DNA from: Chitinophagaceae bacterium
GTDB lineage: Bacteria; Bacteroidota; Bacteroidia; Chitinophagales; Chitinophagaceae
Reading direction: 5' to 3'
Assembly: GCA_965200945.1 (NCBI GenBank)
Contig: OZ241749.1
Coordinates: 2,268,212-2,332,211, forward strand
DNA length: 64,000 bases
Shown here: one piece after another, positions 38,469 to 47,885 of the stretch
Layout: each line of letters begins with the position of its first letter
Numbering within the stretch: the first letter of the stretch is position 1
The notes under the pieces: generated by a model
The model's input: the letters and a program-made list of their open reading frames with translations, nothing else
What the model was told of the DNA's origin: nothing
Database searches by the model: none
Program-made: the position numbers and the translations under genes

Positions 38469-39567
38469 AATAATTTCGATAGGCACCGCTCTCCCTGCCT
38501 ACAAACACCAGCAGACAGACATCCTTCATTTCATGCAGAATATTTATGCCATGAATGAAACGGACCGCCGTAAAATGAAGTTCCTGTATCACCAAAGCAG
38601 CATCGACTACCGCTACTCGGTGATGCCCGATTACAGCCGGCCTGTGAACGAATGGAAGTTTTATCCGCAAACGGAAAACCTGGAGCCGTTCCCATCGCTT
38701 GAATTCCGCATGGCCCTGTACAACAGGTATGCGGCGCCCCTGTCTGTAGACGCGATCCGCAACTGTCTTGAAAGTGCAAAGCTGACCTCAGGCGACATCA
38801 CGCATCTTATTACAGCCAGCTGTACCGGTATGAGCGCACCGGGGCTCGATCTGCAGGTGATGGAACTGATGGACCTGCCGAAAAACATTTTCCGGACATC
38901 CGTAAATTTTATGGGCTGCTATGCCGCCATCCATGCGATCCGGATCGCGGATGCCATCTGCCGGTCAGACAAGTCTGCGAAAGTGATGATCGTTTGCACA
39001 GAACTGTGTACACTTCATTTTCAGAAAGAGTCCACCCTCGACAACATCGCCTCCAGCATGCTGTTTGGAGATGGATCTGCGGCGGTGCTAGTAACACACG
39101 AAGAGCATGCCCACAAAGGACTTCACCTGCAGGGCTTTTACTCCGAGATCGTTCCGAAGGGAAAGAAGGACATGGCCTGGGAGCTTTCTTCCACCGGTTT
39201 TCTGATGACGCTGAGCGGTTATGTACCCGATCTCATTGAAGAAGACTTCGGCCATCTGGTGAACAGGGCGCTGCAGAAATGCAACCTCACGCTGCAGGAT
39301 ATCACGGGCTGGTGCATCCATCCGGGCGGAAAACGGATACTCGAAGCCATCCACAAAAGTCTGTCTTTTAAAAACGGTGAGCTCACGGAAAGTTTTAACG
39401 TGCTGAAGAAAGCCGGCAACATGTCGTCTCCCACCATCCTGTTCGTACTAAAAGAAATGCTGCATGCGCCCGACGAGCATCGCACCGATAAAATCTTCGG
39501 AGCCGCGTTCGGTCCGGGCCTCACCATGGAAACCGTTGTGTTGAGCCGCGAGCCGATAGTGGCCTAG
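38461..39567 (+). CDS. type III polyketide synthase (chalcone/stilbene synthase superfamily)
   Basis: TTG start overlapping the UbiA stop by 8 nt. The catalytic contexts are ASCTGMSAPGLD (Cys), WCIHPGGKRIL (His) and AGNMSSPTILFVL (Asn). FGPGLTMET at the C-terminus. Confidence 0.9.
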   Translation: MSKIISIGTALPAYKHQQTDILHFMQNIYAMNETDRRKMKFLYHQSSIDYRYSVMPDYSRPVNEWKFYPQTENLEPFPSLEFRMALYNRYAAPLSVDAIRNCLESAKLTSGDITHLITASCTGMSAPGLDLQVMELMDLPKNIFRTSVNFMGCYAAIHAIRIADAICRSDKSAKVMIVCTELCTLHFQKESTLDNIASSMLFGDGSAAVLVTHEEHAHKGLHLQGFYSEIVPKGKKDMAWELSSTGFLMTLSGYVPDLIEEDFGHLVNRALQKCNLTLQDITGWCIHPGGKRILEAIHKSLSFKNGELTESFNVLKKAGNMSSPTILFVLKEMLHAPDEHRTDKIFGAAFGPGLTMETVVLSREPIVA

Positions 39568-39589
39568 CGAAAAAAGCCCATCTCCGTTT

Positions 39590-40312
39590 ATGGATTTTTC
39601 CCAACGATCGCCGCAGAAAGAACTGCTTGACTCCGACAACATCCCGTTTGCCGATATCCAACGGAACATGAAAGAGCTGGCTTTCATCAATACCTACCTG
39701 GGTGGGCATGCGATCACGATCGACGGAGTAAAACGGCTGGTTGACAAAAACCAGGGGGAAAGTCCGCTGGTTATTTGCGAGATAGGTTGCGGGGGCGGAG
39801 ATAACATCCGGGCAATTGCACGATGGTGCAAGAGAAAAAAGATCAAAGCCGCGTTCATCGGCATCGACATCAATCCCGAATGCATAGAAGTGGCCAGGCA
39901 AAACGTGTCGGCACTTTCCTGTTCGCTAATCGCATCGGACTATAGCCTGGCTATCTTCAAGGATATGCAACCCGATATTATATTTTCATCCCTGTTCTGT
40001 CATCATTTCAGCAATGAAGAACTTACCCGTATGCTCGGGTGGATGCATACCAACGCACGGAAGGGTTTTTTTATCAACGACCTGCACCGGCATTGGCTGG
40101 CTTATTATTCCATCAAGGGGCTGACACAACTTTTTTCTTCGTCTTACCTGGTGAAAAATGATGCACCTTTATCGGTGAGGAGAGGTTTTCTGAAACAGGA
40201 ATGGGAACAGCTGCTGAATTCAGCCGGACTCCAGAACTTCCTGGTAAAATGGAAATGGGCGTTCCGGCATCTGGTGGTGGTGCCTACCGGTAAAGCCGGG
40301 TTAAACAGATAA
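39590..40312 (+). CDS. class I SAM-dependent methyltransferase
   Basis: Motif I VICEIGCGGGDN. 240 aa, starting 22 nt after the PKS stop. Confidence 0.8.
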   Translation: MDFSQRSPQKELLDSDNIPFADIQRNMKELAFINTYLGGHAITIDGVKRLVDKNQGESPLVICEIGCGGGDNIRAIARWCKRKKIKAAFIGIDINPECIEVARQNVSALSCSLIASDYSLAIFKDMQPDIIFSSLFCHHFSNEELTRMLGWMHTNARKGFFINDLHRHWLAYYSIKGLTQLFSSSYLVKNDAPLSVRRGFLKQEWEQLLNSAGLQNFLVKWKWAFRHLVVVPTGKAGLNR

Positions 40313-40318
40313 ACTACA

Positions 40319-41509
40319 TTGAGCCGAACCGATATATATGAACCTCAAACGCTGGACGCAGCGGAGCTGGTGCAGGAGCAGCGGCTGTATGATGTGGCCA
40401 TCATCGGTGGCGGACTAGCCGGTCTTGCACTCTCTATTCAGCTGGCCGGGCAGGGACGCAGTGTGGTACTGCTGGAAAAAGAGACTTATCCCTTTCACCG
40501 GGTCTGCGGAGAATACATCAGTCTTGAATGCTGGGATTTTCTCGAGCGGCTCGGCTATCCGCTGCATGCGAAACAGCTGCCTATCCTGAAGAATGTGCTC
40601 ATCTCGGCACCCGGGGGAAAAACGGTCAGGCATCCCTTACCCCTGGGTGGCTTTGGAATCAGTCGCTACAAGATCGACGCGGAACTGGCCGCGCTGGCCA
40701 AACAACGGGGTGTGGATGTAAAAGAAGATGCCACCGTTCGCAGTGTTCATTACCACGACAGCCACAGCACCGTGGCCTGTTCCGGAATATCTTACCAGGC
40801 CAAGCTGGTCTGCGGCACATTTGGAAAACGAAGCAACCTCGATGTAAAATGGAAAAGACCGTTCATAACCTGGAAACCCACCAAACTCAATAATTATATC
40901 GGCGTAAAATATCATATACGCAGCGATTTTTCTTCCGACACCATTGCCCTTCATAATTTCAGCAATGGCTACTGCGGCATCTCACGCATTGAGGAAGGAA
41001 AGTACTGCCTGTGTTACCTTACAACGGCGGGCAATCTCAGCGAAAGTGGCAATTCTATCGCGCAGATGGAAGAGCGGTTCCTGCACCGCAATTCTTTTTT
41101 AAAAGATATTTTCACCCGGTCCGAATTTTTATATAAACAGCCGCTGACCATCTCCCAGATCTCATTCGAAAAAAAATCGCAGGTAGAAGATCATATCCTG
41201 CTGACCGGTGATGCGGCCGGAATGATCACGCCGCTCTGCGGCAACGGCATGAGCATGGCCCTGCACGGCAGCAAGATCGCGGCACAGCTGATCGATCAGT
41301 TTTTGTGTGGCCGCTTCTCCAGAGGCGAGCTGGAAGAACGCTATTGCGCGGAATGGAAAAAACTCTTTTCTTCCCGCCTGCTGGCTGGCCGCATGATCCA
41401 GCGCATGTTCGGCAAAGAGTGGATGACCGACGCATTCATCAGCGCCGTAAAACCATTCCCCGCGCTGGTCTCGTTCCTGATCCGGCAGACACACGGCAAG
41501 CCTTTTTAG
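40319..41509 (+). CDS. FAD-dependent oxidoreductase (geranylgeranyl reductase / aromatic hydroxylase-like)
   Basis: YDVAIIGGGLAGLALSIQLA dinucleotide motif and GDAAGMITPLCGNGM. The start is uncertain: TTG at 40319, or a downstream GTG just before the GxGxxG motif. Confidence 0.8.
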   Translation: MSRTDIYEPQTLDAAELVQEQRLYDVAIIGGGLAGLALSIQLAGQGRSVVLLEKETYPFHRVCGEYISLECWDFLERLGYPLHAKQLPILKNVLISAPGGKTVRHPLPLGGFGISRYKIDAELAALAKQRGVDVKEDATVRSVHYHDSHSTVACSGISYQAKLVCGTFGKRSNLDVKWKRPFITWKPTKLNNYIGVKYHIRSDFSSDTIALHNFSNGYCGISRIEEGKYCLCYLTTAGNLSESGNSIAQMEERFLHRNSFLKDIFTRSEFLYKQPLTISQISFEKKSQVEDHILLTGDAAGMITPLCGNGMSMALHGSKIAAQLIDQFLCGRFSRGELEERYCAEWKKLFSSRLLAGRMIQRMFGKEWMTDAFISAVKPFPALVSFLIRQTHGKPF

Positions 41510-41756
41510 AGATCGGTCTATACCGGGGCGAGCCAAGGTTACAAACGATACCGGTCAGAAATTTCAAAATCAAACAGACACAGCGAATTTTTTACATCCA
41601 AGAGCGGCGCGGATTGGGTCACCTGCATCAGGTTAATTCTGGTTCAGACAAAAAAGGCCAGGCATACCACCTCTCCCGCACTCCAACGAACGATTTTCGC
41701 GATCCAGGCGTTATACTTGCGGAAACGAATCCTTTTCACCAATCAACAGAGCAACC

Positions 41757-42125
41757 ATGACAGGCACAAAAAAAACAGTGGTGCTGGGTGCATCCGACAA
41801 TCCTTCCAGGTATAGTTTCCTGGCCATCAACCGGCTGAAAAACCTGCAACATCCCATCGTGGCCATCGGAAGAAAAGCGGGTACTGCCGCAGGGGTTCAG
41901 ATCGCCACGGAGCAGCTACCGGCAGAGGGCGTCGATACGGTGACCCTTTACCTGAATGCAGCCAACCAGAAACAGTATTACGATTATATTCTGTCGCTCC
42001 ATCCCAAACGAATCATTTTTAATCCGGGCGCCGAGAACTACGAACTGTATGCGCTCGCCGAAAAAAATGGCATCGAGCCCGTGGAAGCCTGTACGCTCGT
42101 GATGCTGAGCACAGGCCAGTACTGA
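41757..42125 (+). CDS. CoA-binding domain protein
   Basis: 122 aa. The pattern KKTVVLGASDNPSRYSF...PIVAIG...DTVTLYL is typical of YccU-like CoA-binding proteins. Confidence 0.7.
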   Translation: MTGTKKTVVLGASDNPSRYSFLAINRLKNLQHPIVAIGRKAGTAAGVQIATEQLPAEGVDTVTLYLNAANQKQYYDYILSLHPKRIIFNPGAENYELYALAEKNGIEPVEACTLVMLSTGQY

Positions 42126-42221
42126 CAATATTCTTTTTTGTTTGCCGTTATTTTTCTGGTAAGGGGCGGCAGCCTCTTGCGATCCGTATCCTGAAAATTC
42201 CGATCCTCCAAATCCTTATCT

Positions 42222-42677
42222 ATGAAAAACCCTGTCCGTGCGGTTATGGCCCTGCTGTGCAACCTGCTGTTCCTTTCCGCATTCACACAGTTACCCGTCA
42301 GGCAAACCCTGCCCGTAAAACCCCTTCTTTTTGGTCATCTTCCCGATCATACCGCTATCAGCCTTCTCCAGCTGGAGCAACTCTTCAACAGCGTTCCCTC
42401 GCAGCATATAAAGATCCCAATGGGTGCAGGCAGTGCCCTCGAAGGCGTGATTGCAGAGAAGGTGGTCCGCAACCGGAACGTAACCAGTGTCACGATCCAG
42501 TGCATCAATTACGACGGAGCCCTCTTCACCATTTCAAAGATCACGGCAGGCAATGCAACCGACGCCTATGTGGGAAGGGTGGTAAATATCCGGTATGGCG
42601 ATGTGCTGCTGCTCACCCGCCAGAACGACCAGTACATGTTGTCGAAACAGAAACAGTCGCTGGTAGTGGTTGAATAA
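42222..42677 (+). CDS. hypothetical small secreted protein
   Basis: Signal peptide MKNPVRAVMALLCNLLFLSAFTQ. It lies immediately upstream of the metalloprotease. Confidence 0.5.
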   Translation: MKNPVRAVMALLCNLLFLSAFTQLPVRQTLPVKPLLFGHLPDHTAISLLQLEQLFNSVPSQHIKIPMGAGSALEGVIAEKVVRNRNVTSVTIQCINYDGALFTISKITAGNATDAYVGRVVNIRYGDVLLLTRQNDQYMLSKQKQSLVVVE

Positions 42678-42693
42678 AATTCGAACCTTTCCT

Positions 42694-44286
42694 ATGAAAC
42701 AGATACTGACCGGCTTGCTGGCCTGCGCAGCTGTTGCAGTGATGCCGAACGGCTATGCACAAACGCCGAAGCTGAACAGTTATCCGGAAGCCGCTCCTGC
42801 CATCTACCTGAATTTCGACGGGGAAATGGTATCGGGCACCTCCTGGAACTGGGCCGGCCCCATCACGGCACAACCGGCGGGGCTATCAGCAGAGGCGATC
42901 ACGCAGATTTTCAACCGCGTCGCCGAAGACTACCGCCCTTTTGCCATCAATGTAACTACCGATGCTGCGGTGTATGCCGCCGCTCCCTTCAACCAGCGCA
43001 TCCATGTGATCATAACGCCCACGTCTGGCTGGTATGGGAGCTCGGGTGGTGTATCGTTCGTAGGATCGTTTACCTGGGGAGATGATACGCCGGCATGGGT
43101 ATTTAGCGCACTGCTGTACAACAATCCCAAAAATGTGGCCGAAGCCTGCTCGCACGAGGCAGGACATACCCTGGGCCTTCAGCATCAAAGCTCGTACGAT
43201 GCCGGCTGCCTGAAAACGGAAGAGTACAATTCGGGACAGGGCGCCGGCGAGATCGGCTGGGCCCCTATCATGGGTGTCGGTTATTCAAAGAACCTTACTA
43301 CCTGGCATACCGGCGCCAATTCGGCCGGCTGTAACCAGATCCAGAACGACATGGAAGTGATCACCTCGGTGGGTAACGGAATTTCTTACAAACCCGATGA
43401 TTACGGCAACAGCCCCTCTTCGGCAGAAGACCTTCCCATAGCCGGCGGAAGCTTGGCGGCAAGGGGACTTATCAACCGGATGACCGATGTGGATGTGTTC
43501 AGGCTGCGCCTGGACCATTCGTCGCATCTTCACCTGAACGCGGTACCGGCAAGCGTGGGCTCCGGCAATCAAGGAGCGAACATCGACATCAAGGTTTTTG
43601 TGCTGGACGCGGCATCCGATACGCTGGCGAGTTACAATCCTTCCACCCTGCTCGATGCGGGCATCGACACGCTTTTACAGCCCGGCGACTATTTTCTGGC
43701 AGTCAGGGGAACCGGTAATATCAACCATTCGAATTATGGCAGCCTGGGCGCCTACCAGCTTACCGGCAACCTGCTGACCCTGTTGCCGGTGCAGCAGTTC
43801 TGGCTCACCGGCAACACGGGTGGAGGATATAACAACCTGTACTGGACTTACACCGCCGATGAACCGGTCAGCGCCATCCTCCTGGAATCTTCAGCAGACG
43901 GGAAGGAGTTCCATCCGATGCTCAACACGAATACAGATCAGCGATCGTACGCTTTTTCTTCTGAGGGCGCCCCTGCCTACTATCGCCTGAAAGCCACAAC
44001 TGCAGCAACCAAAACCGCCTACTACTCGAACATCATCCACCTGATCTCAGGAAATGAAAAAACAGGTATCAGACTGCTTTCAACCTTGGTAACCGGTCAG
44101 ATCCTCTTTACTGCTACGGCCAGGTATAACTACGAGTTGTTTGATGCCGGAGGGAAGCTGGTGGCAAAAGGGACGGCCGATCCCGGCCTCAACCGCATCA
44201 GCCTGCTGCAGGCGGCTCCCGGGATCATGATCCTGCGGTATAGTGACGGAGCCTCCCTGCGGGTACAAAAATTAATCAAACGATAA
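42694..44286 (+). CDS. secreted metzincin-type zinc metalloprotease with PPC-like domains and T9SS C-terminal domain
   Basis: HEAGHTLGLQH (HExxHxxGxxH), DDYGNS...DVDVFRL pre-peptidase-C-like segments, and a C-terminal beta domain ending ILRYSDGASLRVQKLIKR. Confidence 0.75.
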   Translation: MKQILTGLLACAAVAVMPNGYAQTPKLNSYPEAAPAIYLNFDGEMVSGTSWNWAGPITAQPAGLSAEAITQIFNRVAEDYRPFAINVTTDAAVYAAAPFNQRIHVIITPTSGWYGSSGGVSFVGSFTWGDDTPAWVFSALLYNNPKNVAEACSHEAGHTLGLQHQSSYDAGCLKTEEYNSGQGAGEIGWAPIMGVGYSKNLTTWHTGANSAGCNQIQNDMEVITSVGNGISYKPDDYGNSPSSAEDLPIAGGSLAARGLINRMTDVDVFRLRLDHSSHLHLNAVPASVGSGNQGANIDIKVFVLDAASDTLASYNPSTLLDAGIDTLLQPGDYFLAVRGTGNINHSNYGSLGAYQLTGNLLTLLPVQQFWLTGNTGGGYNNLYWTYTADEPVSAILLESSADGKEFHPMLNTNTDQRSYAFSSEGAPAYYRLKATTAATKTAYYSNIIHLISGNEKTGIRLLSTLVTGQILFTATARYNYELFDAGGKLVAKGTADPGLNRISLLQAAPGIMILRYSDGASLRVQKLIKR

Positions 44287-44308
44287 TCCCGAAGGGTTTA
44301 GTAAAGTG

Positions 44309-44339
44309 ATGGGTTTTTCGGTAACTTCGGAAAACCCAT
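44309..44339 (+). terminator. 12-bp stem hairpin between the metalloprotease stop and the next start codon
   Basis: atgggtttttcg / cggaaaacccat with a 7-nt loop. There is no U-tract. It ends 4 nt before the ATG at 44344, so it could equally be a translational or regulatory hairpin. Confidence 0.35.
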
Positions 44340-44343
44340 AAAT

Positions 44344-44817
44344 ATGTTGTGGAGAAAATTTAACGGAGATCCTATCGACGCTCCCATTCTCGAAGCTGTA
44401 GAAACGGCCATCAAACGGGAGGTTTCCAATGGTTTCAAATTAAAAGTCTGCATCGGCACCGATTCACAGGTAAAAGGCCTTGAAACGGAATTTGCTACGG
44501 TCATTGTTTTTCTTCGCGAAGGCCATGGCGGCTTTATGTTCATTCACAATGACAAAACCCGGCAGCAGTTCAGCATCAAGGAACGCATGCTGCTGGAAGT
44601 GGCCAAAAGCATCGAGATCGCCTATGAGCTCTGCGATCTCTTCAATGTGTATGATGTGGATATGGAAGTGCATGCCGACATCAACACAAATCCAACCTTC
44701 AAAAGCAACCTGGCCCTCAAAGAAGCGATGGGGTATATCCTCGGGATGGGGTTTGCTTTTAAGGCCAAGCCCGAAGCCTTTGCCAGTAGCAGCTGCGCCA
44801 ACAAGGTCGTGAACTGA
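44344..44817 (+). CDS. RNase H-like YkuK (DUF458) family protein
   Basis: The pattern VCIGTDSQVKG...ATVIVFLREGHGGFMF...VHADIN resembles DUF458; recognised from memory. Confidence 0.55.
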   Translation: MLWRKFNGDPIDAPILEAVETAIKREVSNGFKLKVCIGTDSQVKGLETEFATVIVFLREGHGGFMFIHNDKTRQQFSIKERMLLEVAKSIEIAYELCDLFNVYDVDMEVHADINTNPTFKSNLALKEAMGYILGMGFAFKAKPEAFASSSCANKVVN

Positions 44818-44846
44818 CCCGGTCACTGAACTTCCCACTCACCTGT

Positions 44847-45512
44847 TTACCCCCTCCTGCCGGCATCGTCATTTTGCCGGGAGTGTAGATCATACTCGCT
44901 ATTCATCTCCTGGATCAGCGCCAGTATCTTGTCGCGACCGGTCTTCTTGACGGCACTCGTCACAAAATGCCGGGGCAGGAACTCCCAGTTGCTTCGCATT
45001 CTGTTCAGAAAATCTTTCACGTTCTTGCTCACCAGCAGCTGGGTCTCCTTGTCTGATTTGGTGAACACCAGGCAAAAGGGTACCTGCCATTCTCCCATCT
45101 GGTCAATAAAATCGAGGTCGATCTGTTGCGGGGAATGGCGGCTGTCTATAAGTACAAAAACATTCTGGAGGCTGGTCCTTTTGCGCAGGTAATCTTCGAT
45201 CATTTTCTCCCATTTTTTGCGCTGCGCCTGCGACACCTTCGCAAACCCGTAACCCGGCAGATCGACCAGGTACCAGGGCGTTACCTTTCCGCCGATCTCT
45301 TTCACGCTTCGTACGTCGAAATGATTGATCAGCTGCGTTTTGCCGGGCGAATTGGACGTTTTGGCAAGGTGCTGTTTGGCGGTGATCACATTGATGAGGG
45401 AGGACTTGCCCACGTTGCTGCGGCCGATAAACGCATACTCGGGCCGGTCGGGTGCCGGACACAAATTGTATTCCGGGCTGCTGATAACATATTCGGCTGA
45501 CTGGATGATCAT
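44847..45512 (-). CDS. engB: ribosome biogenesis GTP-binding protein YsxC/EngB
   Basis: GRSNVGKSSLIN (G1), DLPGYG (G3), TKSDK (G4). Start at the internal ATG (MIIQSAEYV). Confidence 0.85.
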   Translation of the reverse strand: MIIQSAEYVISSPEYNLCPAPDRPEYAFIGRSNVGKSSLINVITAKQHLAKTSNSPGKTQLINHFDVRSVKEIGGKVTPWYLVDLPGYGFAKVSQAQRKKWEKMIEDYLRKRTSLQNVFVLIDSRHSPQQIDLDFIDQMGEWQVPFCLVFTKSDKETQLLVSKNVKDFLNRMRSNWEFLPRHFVTSAVKKTGRDKILALIQEMNSEYDLHSRQNDDAGRRG

Positions 45513-45588
45513 GATGAAAGCGGTAAAGATAGATAATGTAGGGGGCACACCGGTATTAACAAGCCACATTCTTTACCTTTGCGGCTTC

Positions 45589-46344
45589 ATGAACAATCAG
45601 TTGCCGCACGATACCATTGTGCCTTATAAAGATTCGCAGCTTACCAAAAAACAGCAGGTCGCCCGGATGTTCGACCAGATCGCTTTCCGGTACGATTTCA
45701 TCAACCGGTTCCTCAGCGGCGGCATCGACCTGTACTGGCGCAGAAAAGGGATCCGCGAACTAAAAACCCTCCGCCCGAAACGCGTGCTCGACGTAGCCAC
45801 CGGCACAGGCGATGTGGCCATCCTCGTTCACAAGATCCTGAGCCCCGAAAAAGTGACCGGCATCGATATTTCCGAAGGCATGCTGGAGCTTGGCAGAAAG
45901 AAAATTGCCAAGCTTTTGTTAAACGACCGCATCGAGCTTCTTCCCGGCGACAGCGAAGCAATAAATTTTCCGGACGCTTCGTTTGAAGCTGTTACTGTAG
46001 CGTTCGGAGTACGCAATTTCGAGCATCTGCGCAGTGGATTGCAGGAAATGCTGCGGGTGCTGAAACCCGGCGGCAAATTGATGGTGCTTGAATTCTCCAG
46101 GCCCAGAAAAGCCTTTCAGGGTTTTTATAATCTTTATATGAAGATTATCGCTCCCAACGTAGGCAACCTGATATCCCACAACCGCGAAGCTTACCAATAT
46201 CTGAATGACTCCGTGAAAGCCTTTCCGGAAGGAAAAATTTTTTTACAGATACTCGATGAAGTAGGGTATGCCAACACCTATTTAAAAACGCTTAGCTTAG
46301 GAATATGCACCATTTATTGCGGAGAAAAAAGATCATCAGCATAG
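45589..46344 (+). CDS. ubiE: demethylmenaquinone/ubiquinone methyltransferase UbiE/MenG
   Basis: VARMFDQIAFRYDFINRFLSGGIDLYWRR, VLDVATGTGD, GGKLMVLEFS. Confidence 0.85.
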   Translation: MNNQLPHDTIVPYKDSQLTKKQQVARMFDQIAFRYDFINRFLSGGIDLYWRRKGIRELKTLRPKRVLDVATGTGDVAILVHKILSPEKVTGIDISEGMLELGRKKIAKLLLNDRIELLPGDSEAINFPDASFEAVTVAFGVRNFEHLRSGLQEMLRVLKPGGKLMVLEFSRPRKAFQGFYNLYMKIIAPNVGNLISHNREAYQYLNDSVKAFPEGKIFLQILDEVGYANTYLKTLSLGICTIYCGEKRSSA

Positions 46345-47045
46345 CTTTTTCCTTGTTCAGTTTGTTGCTCCTGTGCGGGGAGGTTACGGCCCAGTTGCGT
46401 GACCGCATCAACCTGCCGGACGCAGACGATAAATTCTATCACCTGGGCGTCATCATCATGGGAGCGCAAAGCCGGCTCAACATCAGCCAGCATCCGCTCT
46501 TCCTGCAACGCGACAGCGTGCTCGTTACAAGTCCGGAAAGCACCATGGGACTGGGTATCGGCGGCATGCATACCATCCGGCTCAGCAAGCGGCTCTCTGC
46601 ACGTGTTGTATTTCCGCAGCTCCTGTTCGTGAACAAGGCCATTACTTACCAGCTCAAATATCCCACGGTAGATGAAGCGCCTATCATGACCAAGAACATC
46701 GAATCGATCCTGCTGGGCGTGCCTATCCAGATCAAGTTCAGCAGCGACCGCATGAACAATTTCCGTTTTTACGTGATGGGCGGTTTCAAGACAGAATACG
46801 ATCTTTCCAGCAAGGCCCGCGCAAAAAACGCAGAAGACCTCGTAAAGCTGCAGCCCATTGACTACGGTGTGGAAGCAGGCGTAGGCTTCAACTTTTATCT
46901 CCCCTATTTCATCCTCTCCCCGGAGATCAAGCTAAGCAACGGCGTAAGCAATTCGCACAGCCGCGACCCCGACCTGAAATTCTCCAATGTGATCGACAAG
47001 GCGAAAACAAGGATGGTGGTGTTTTCACTGATATTTGAAGGATAG
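46305..47045 (+). CDS. PorT-family outer membrane beta-barrel protein
   Basis: Signal peptide, alternating beta-strand pattern and 246 aa. Its position directly after ubiE matches that of porT/sprT homologues as I recall them. Confidence 0.55.
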   Translation: MHHLLRRKKIISIAFSLFSLLLLCGEVTAQLRDRINLPDADDKFYHLGVIIMGAQSRLNISQHPLFLQRDSVLVTSPESTMGLGIGGMHTIRLSKRLSARVVFPQLLFVNKAITYQLKYPTVDEAPIMTKNIESILLGVPIQIKFSSDRMNNFRFYVMGGFKTEYDLSSKARAKNAEDLVKLQPIDYGVEAGVGFNFYLPYFILSPEIKLSNGVSNSHSRDPDLKFSNVIDKAKTRMVVFSLIFEG

Positions 47046-47070
47046 GTGGAAAGCGGTTAGCTGCCGCCTT

Positions 47071-47688
47071 CTAACTTTTATCTTTGAAACGGAAGATGAT
47101 CCCGGATGCATTGCTGATGCCCCTGATGATCGCGGGATCTTTTTCGTCGTTGTACAGGCAGTAGCCGCCTGCTTCGATGATGGGCGACAGCTGCAGATCG
47201 TTGTAACGCAGGTAAACGAGTTCTGTGGTTGCGATACCGGAAGCGGTATCCTTCTTTTGCGACAACAATTGAAGAACGGCCCCCTCTTCATATTGTTTCA
47301 CAAAAAAGCCGATCACCTTGTCATCAATTTCAGGGATCAGCGGTGTGGTACGGGCCCGGAAAAGATAATTGTCATCATCTTCGTACACATCCCTGTTCCA
47401 CTCCGCATTCAATTCCGTTAGTTCTTCATCGCGCTCATCTTCAACTACCGTGATCTTGACATGTTCGTTTTCCAGGAAAGGCCGTTCAAGAAAGTAAGGC
47501 TCCAGCGCTGAAGAAGACCGCTCACCTGCAAAAGACGTAACGATCCAGTTTCCCGCCATATAAAGTAAAAGACTCAAAAAAGCGATCACAAGCACCGGCA
47601 CTGCCATCAGAAGAATGAGCACGATGATGATACCGCGCAAGGGCGTCGGTTTATTGACTCTGATCTCTTTCGTAACGGTGAATTGCAT
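47071..47688 (-). CDS. hypothetical membrane-anchored protein
   Basis: The internal ATG gives MQFTVTKEI..., with one TM helix (IIIVLILLMAVPVLVIAFLSLLLY) followed by an acidic soluble domain. Confidence 0.45.
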   Translation of the reverse strand: MQFTVTKEIRVNKPTPLRGIIIVLILLMAVPVLVIAFLSLLLYMAGNWIVTSFAGERSSSALEPYFLERPFLENEHVKITVVEDERDEELTELNAEWNRDVYEDDDNYLFRARTTPLIPEIDDKVIGFFVKQYEEGAVLQLLSQKKDTASGIATTELVYLRYNDLQLSPIIEAGGYCLYNDEKDPAIIRGISNASGIIFRFKDKS

Positions 47689-47885
47689 AAGATATTGCAG
47701 TCGGGAGCCGGCCGGGTGGCCTGATTTTTCCGGAACCTTTCTTAACCTTGCCGTAAATGTATGGATATTAGGGATACCAGGGAACCCGCAAGAACGGGCG
47801 CTGAACAAGCGGCTACATACGGCAAACTGATCATGGCATAATGTTTACAGTTTCTTACTTTTACAATCAGCTAAAAAAGATCAAT

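Noticed and set aside
41305-41760. A 151-aa ORF spanning the end of the FAD oxidoreductase gene and the following 247-bp gap.
   Set aside because: It is mostly out of frame within the oxidoreductase gene, its composition is rich in R, P and G, and it has no motifs. The gap is treated as non-coding.
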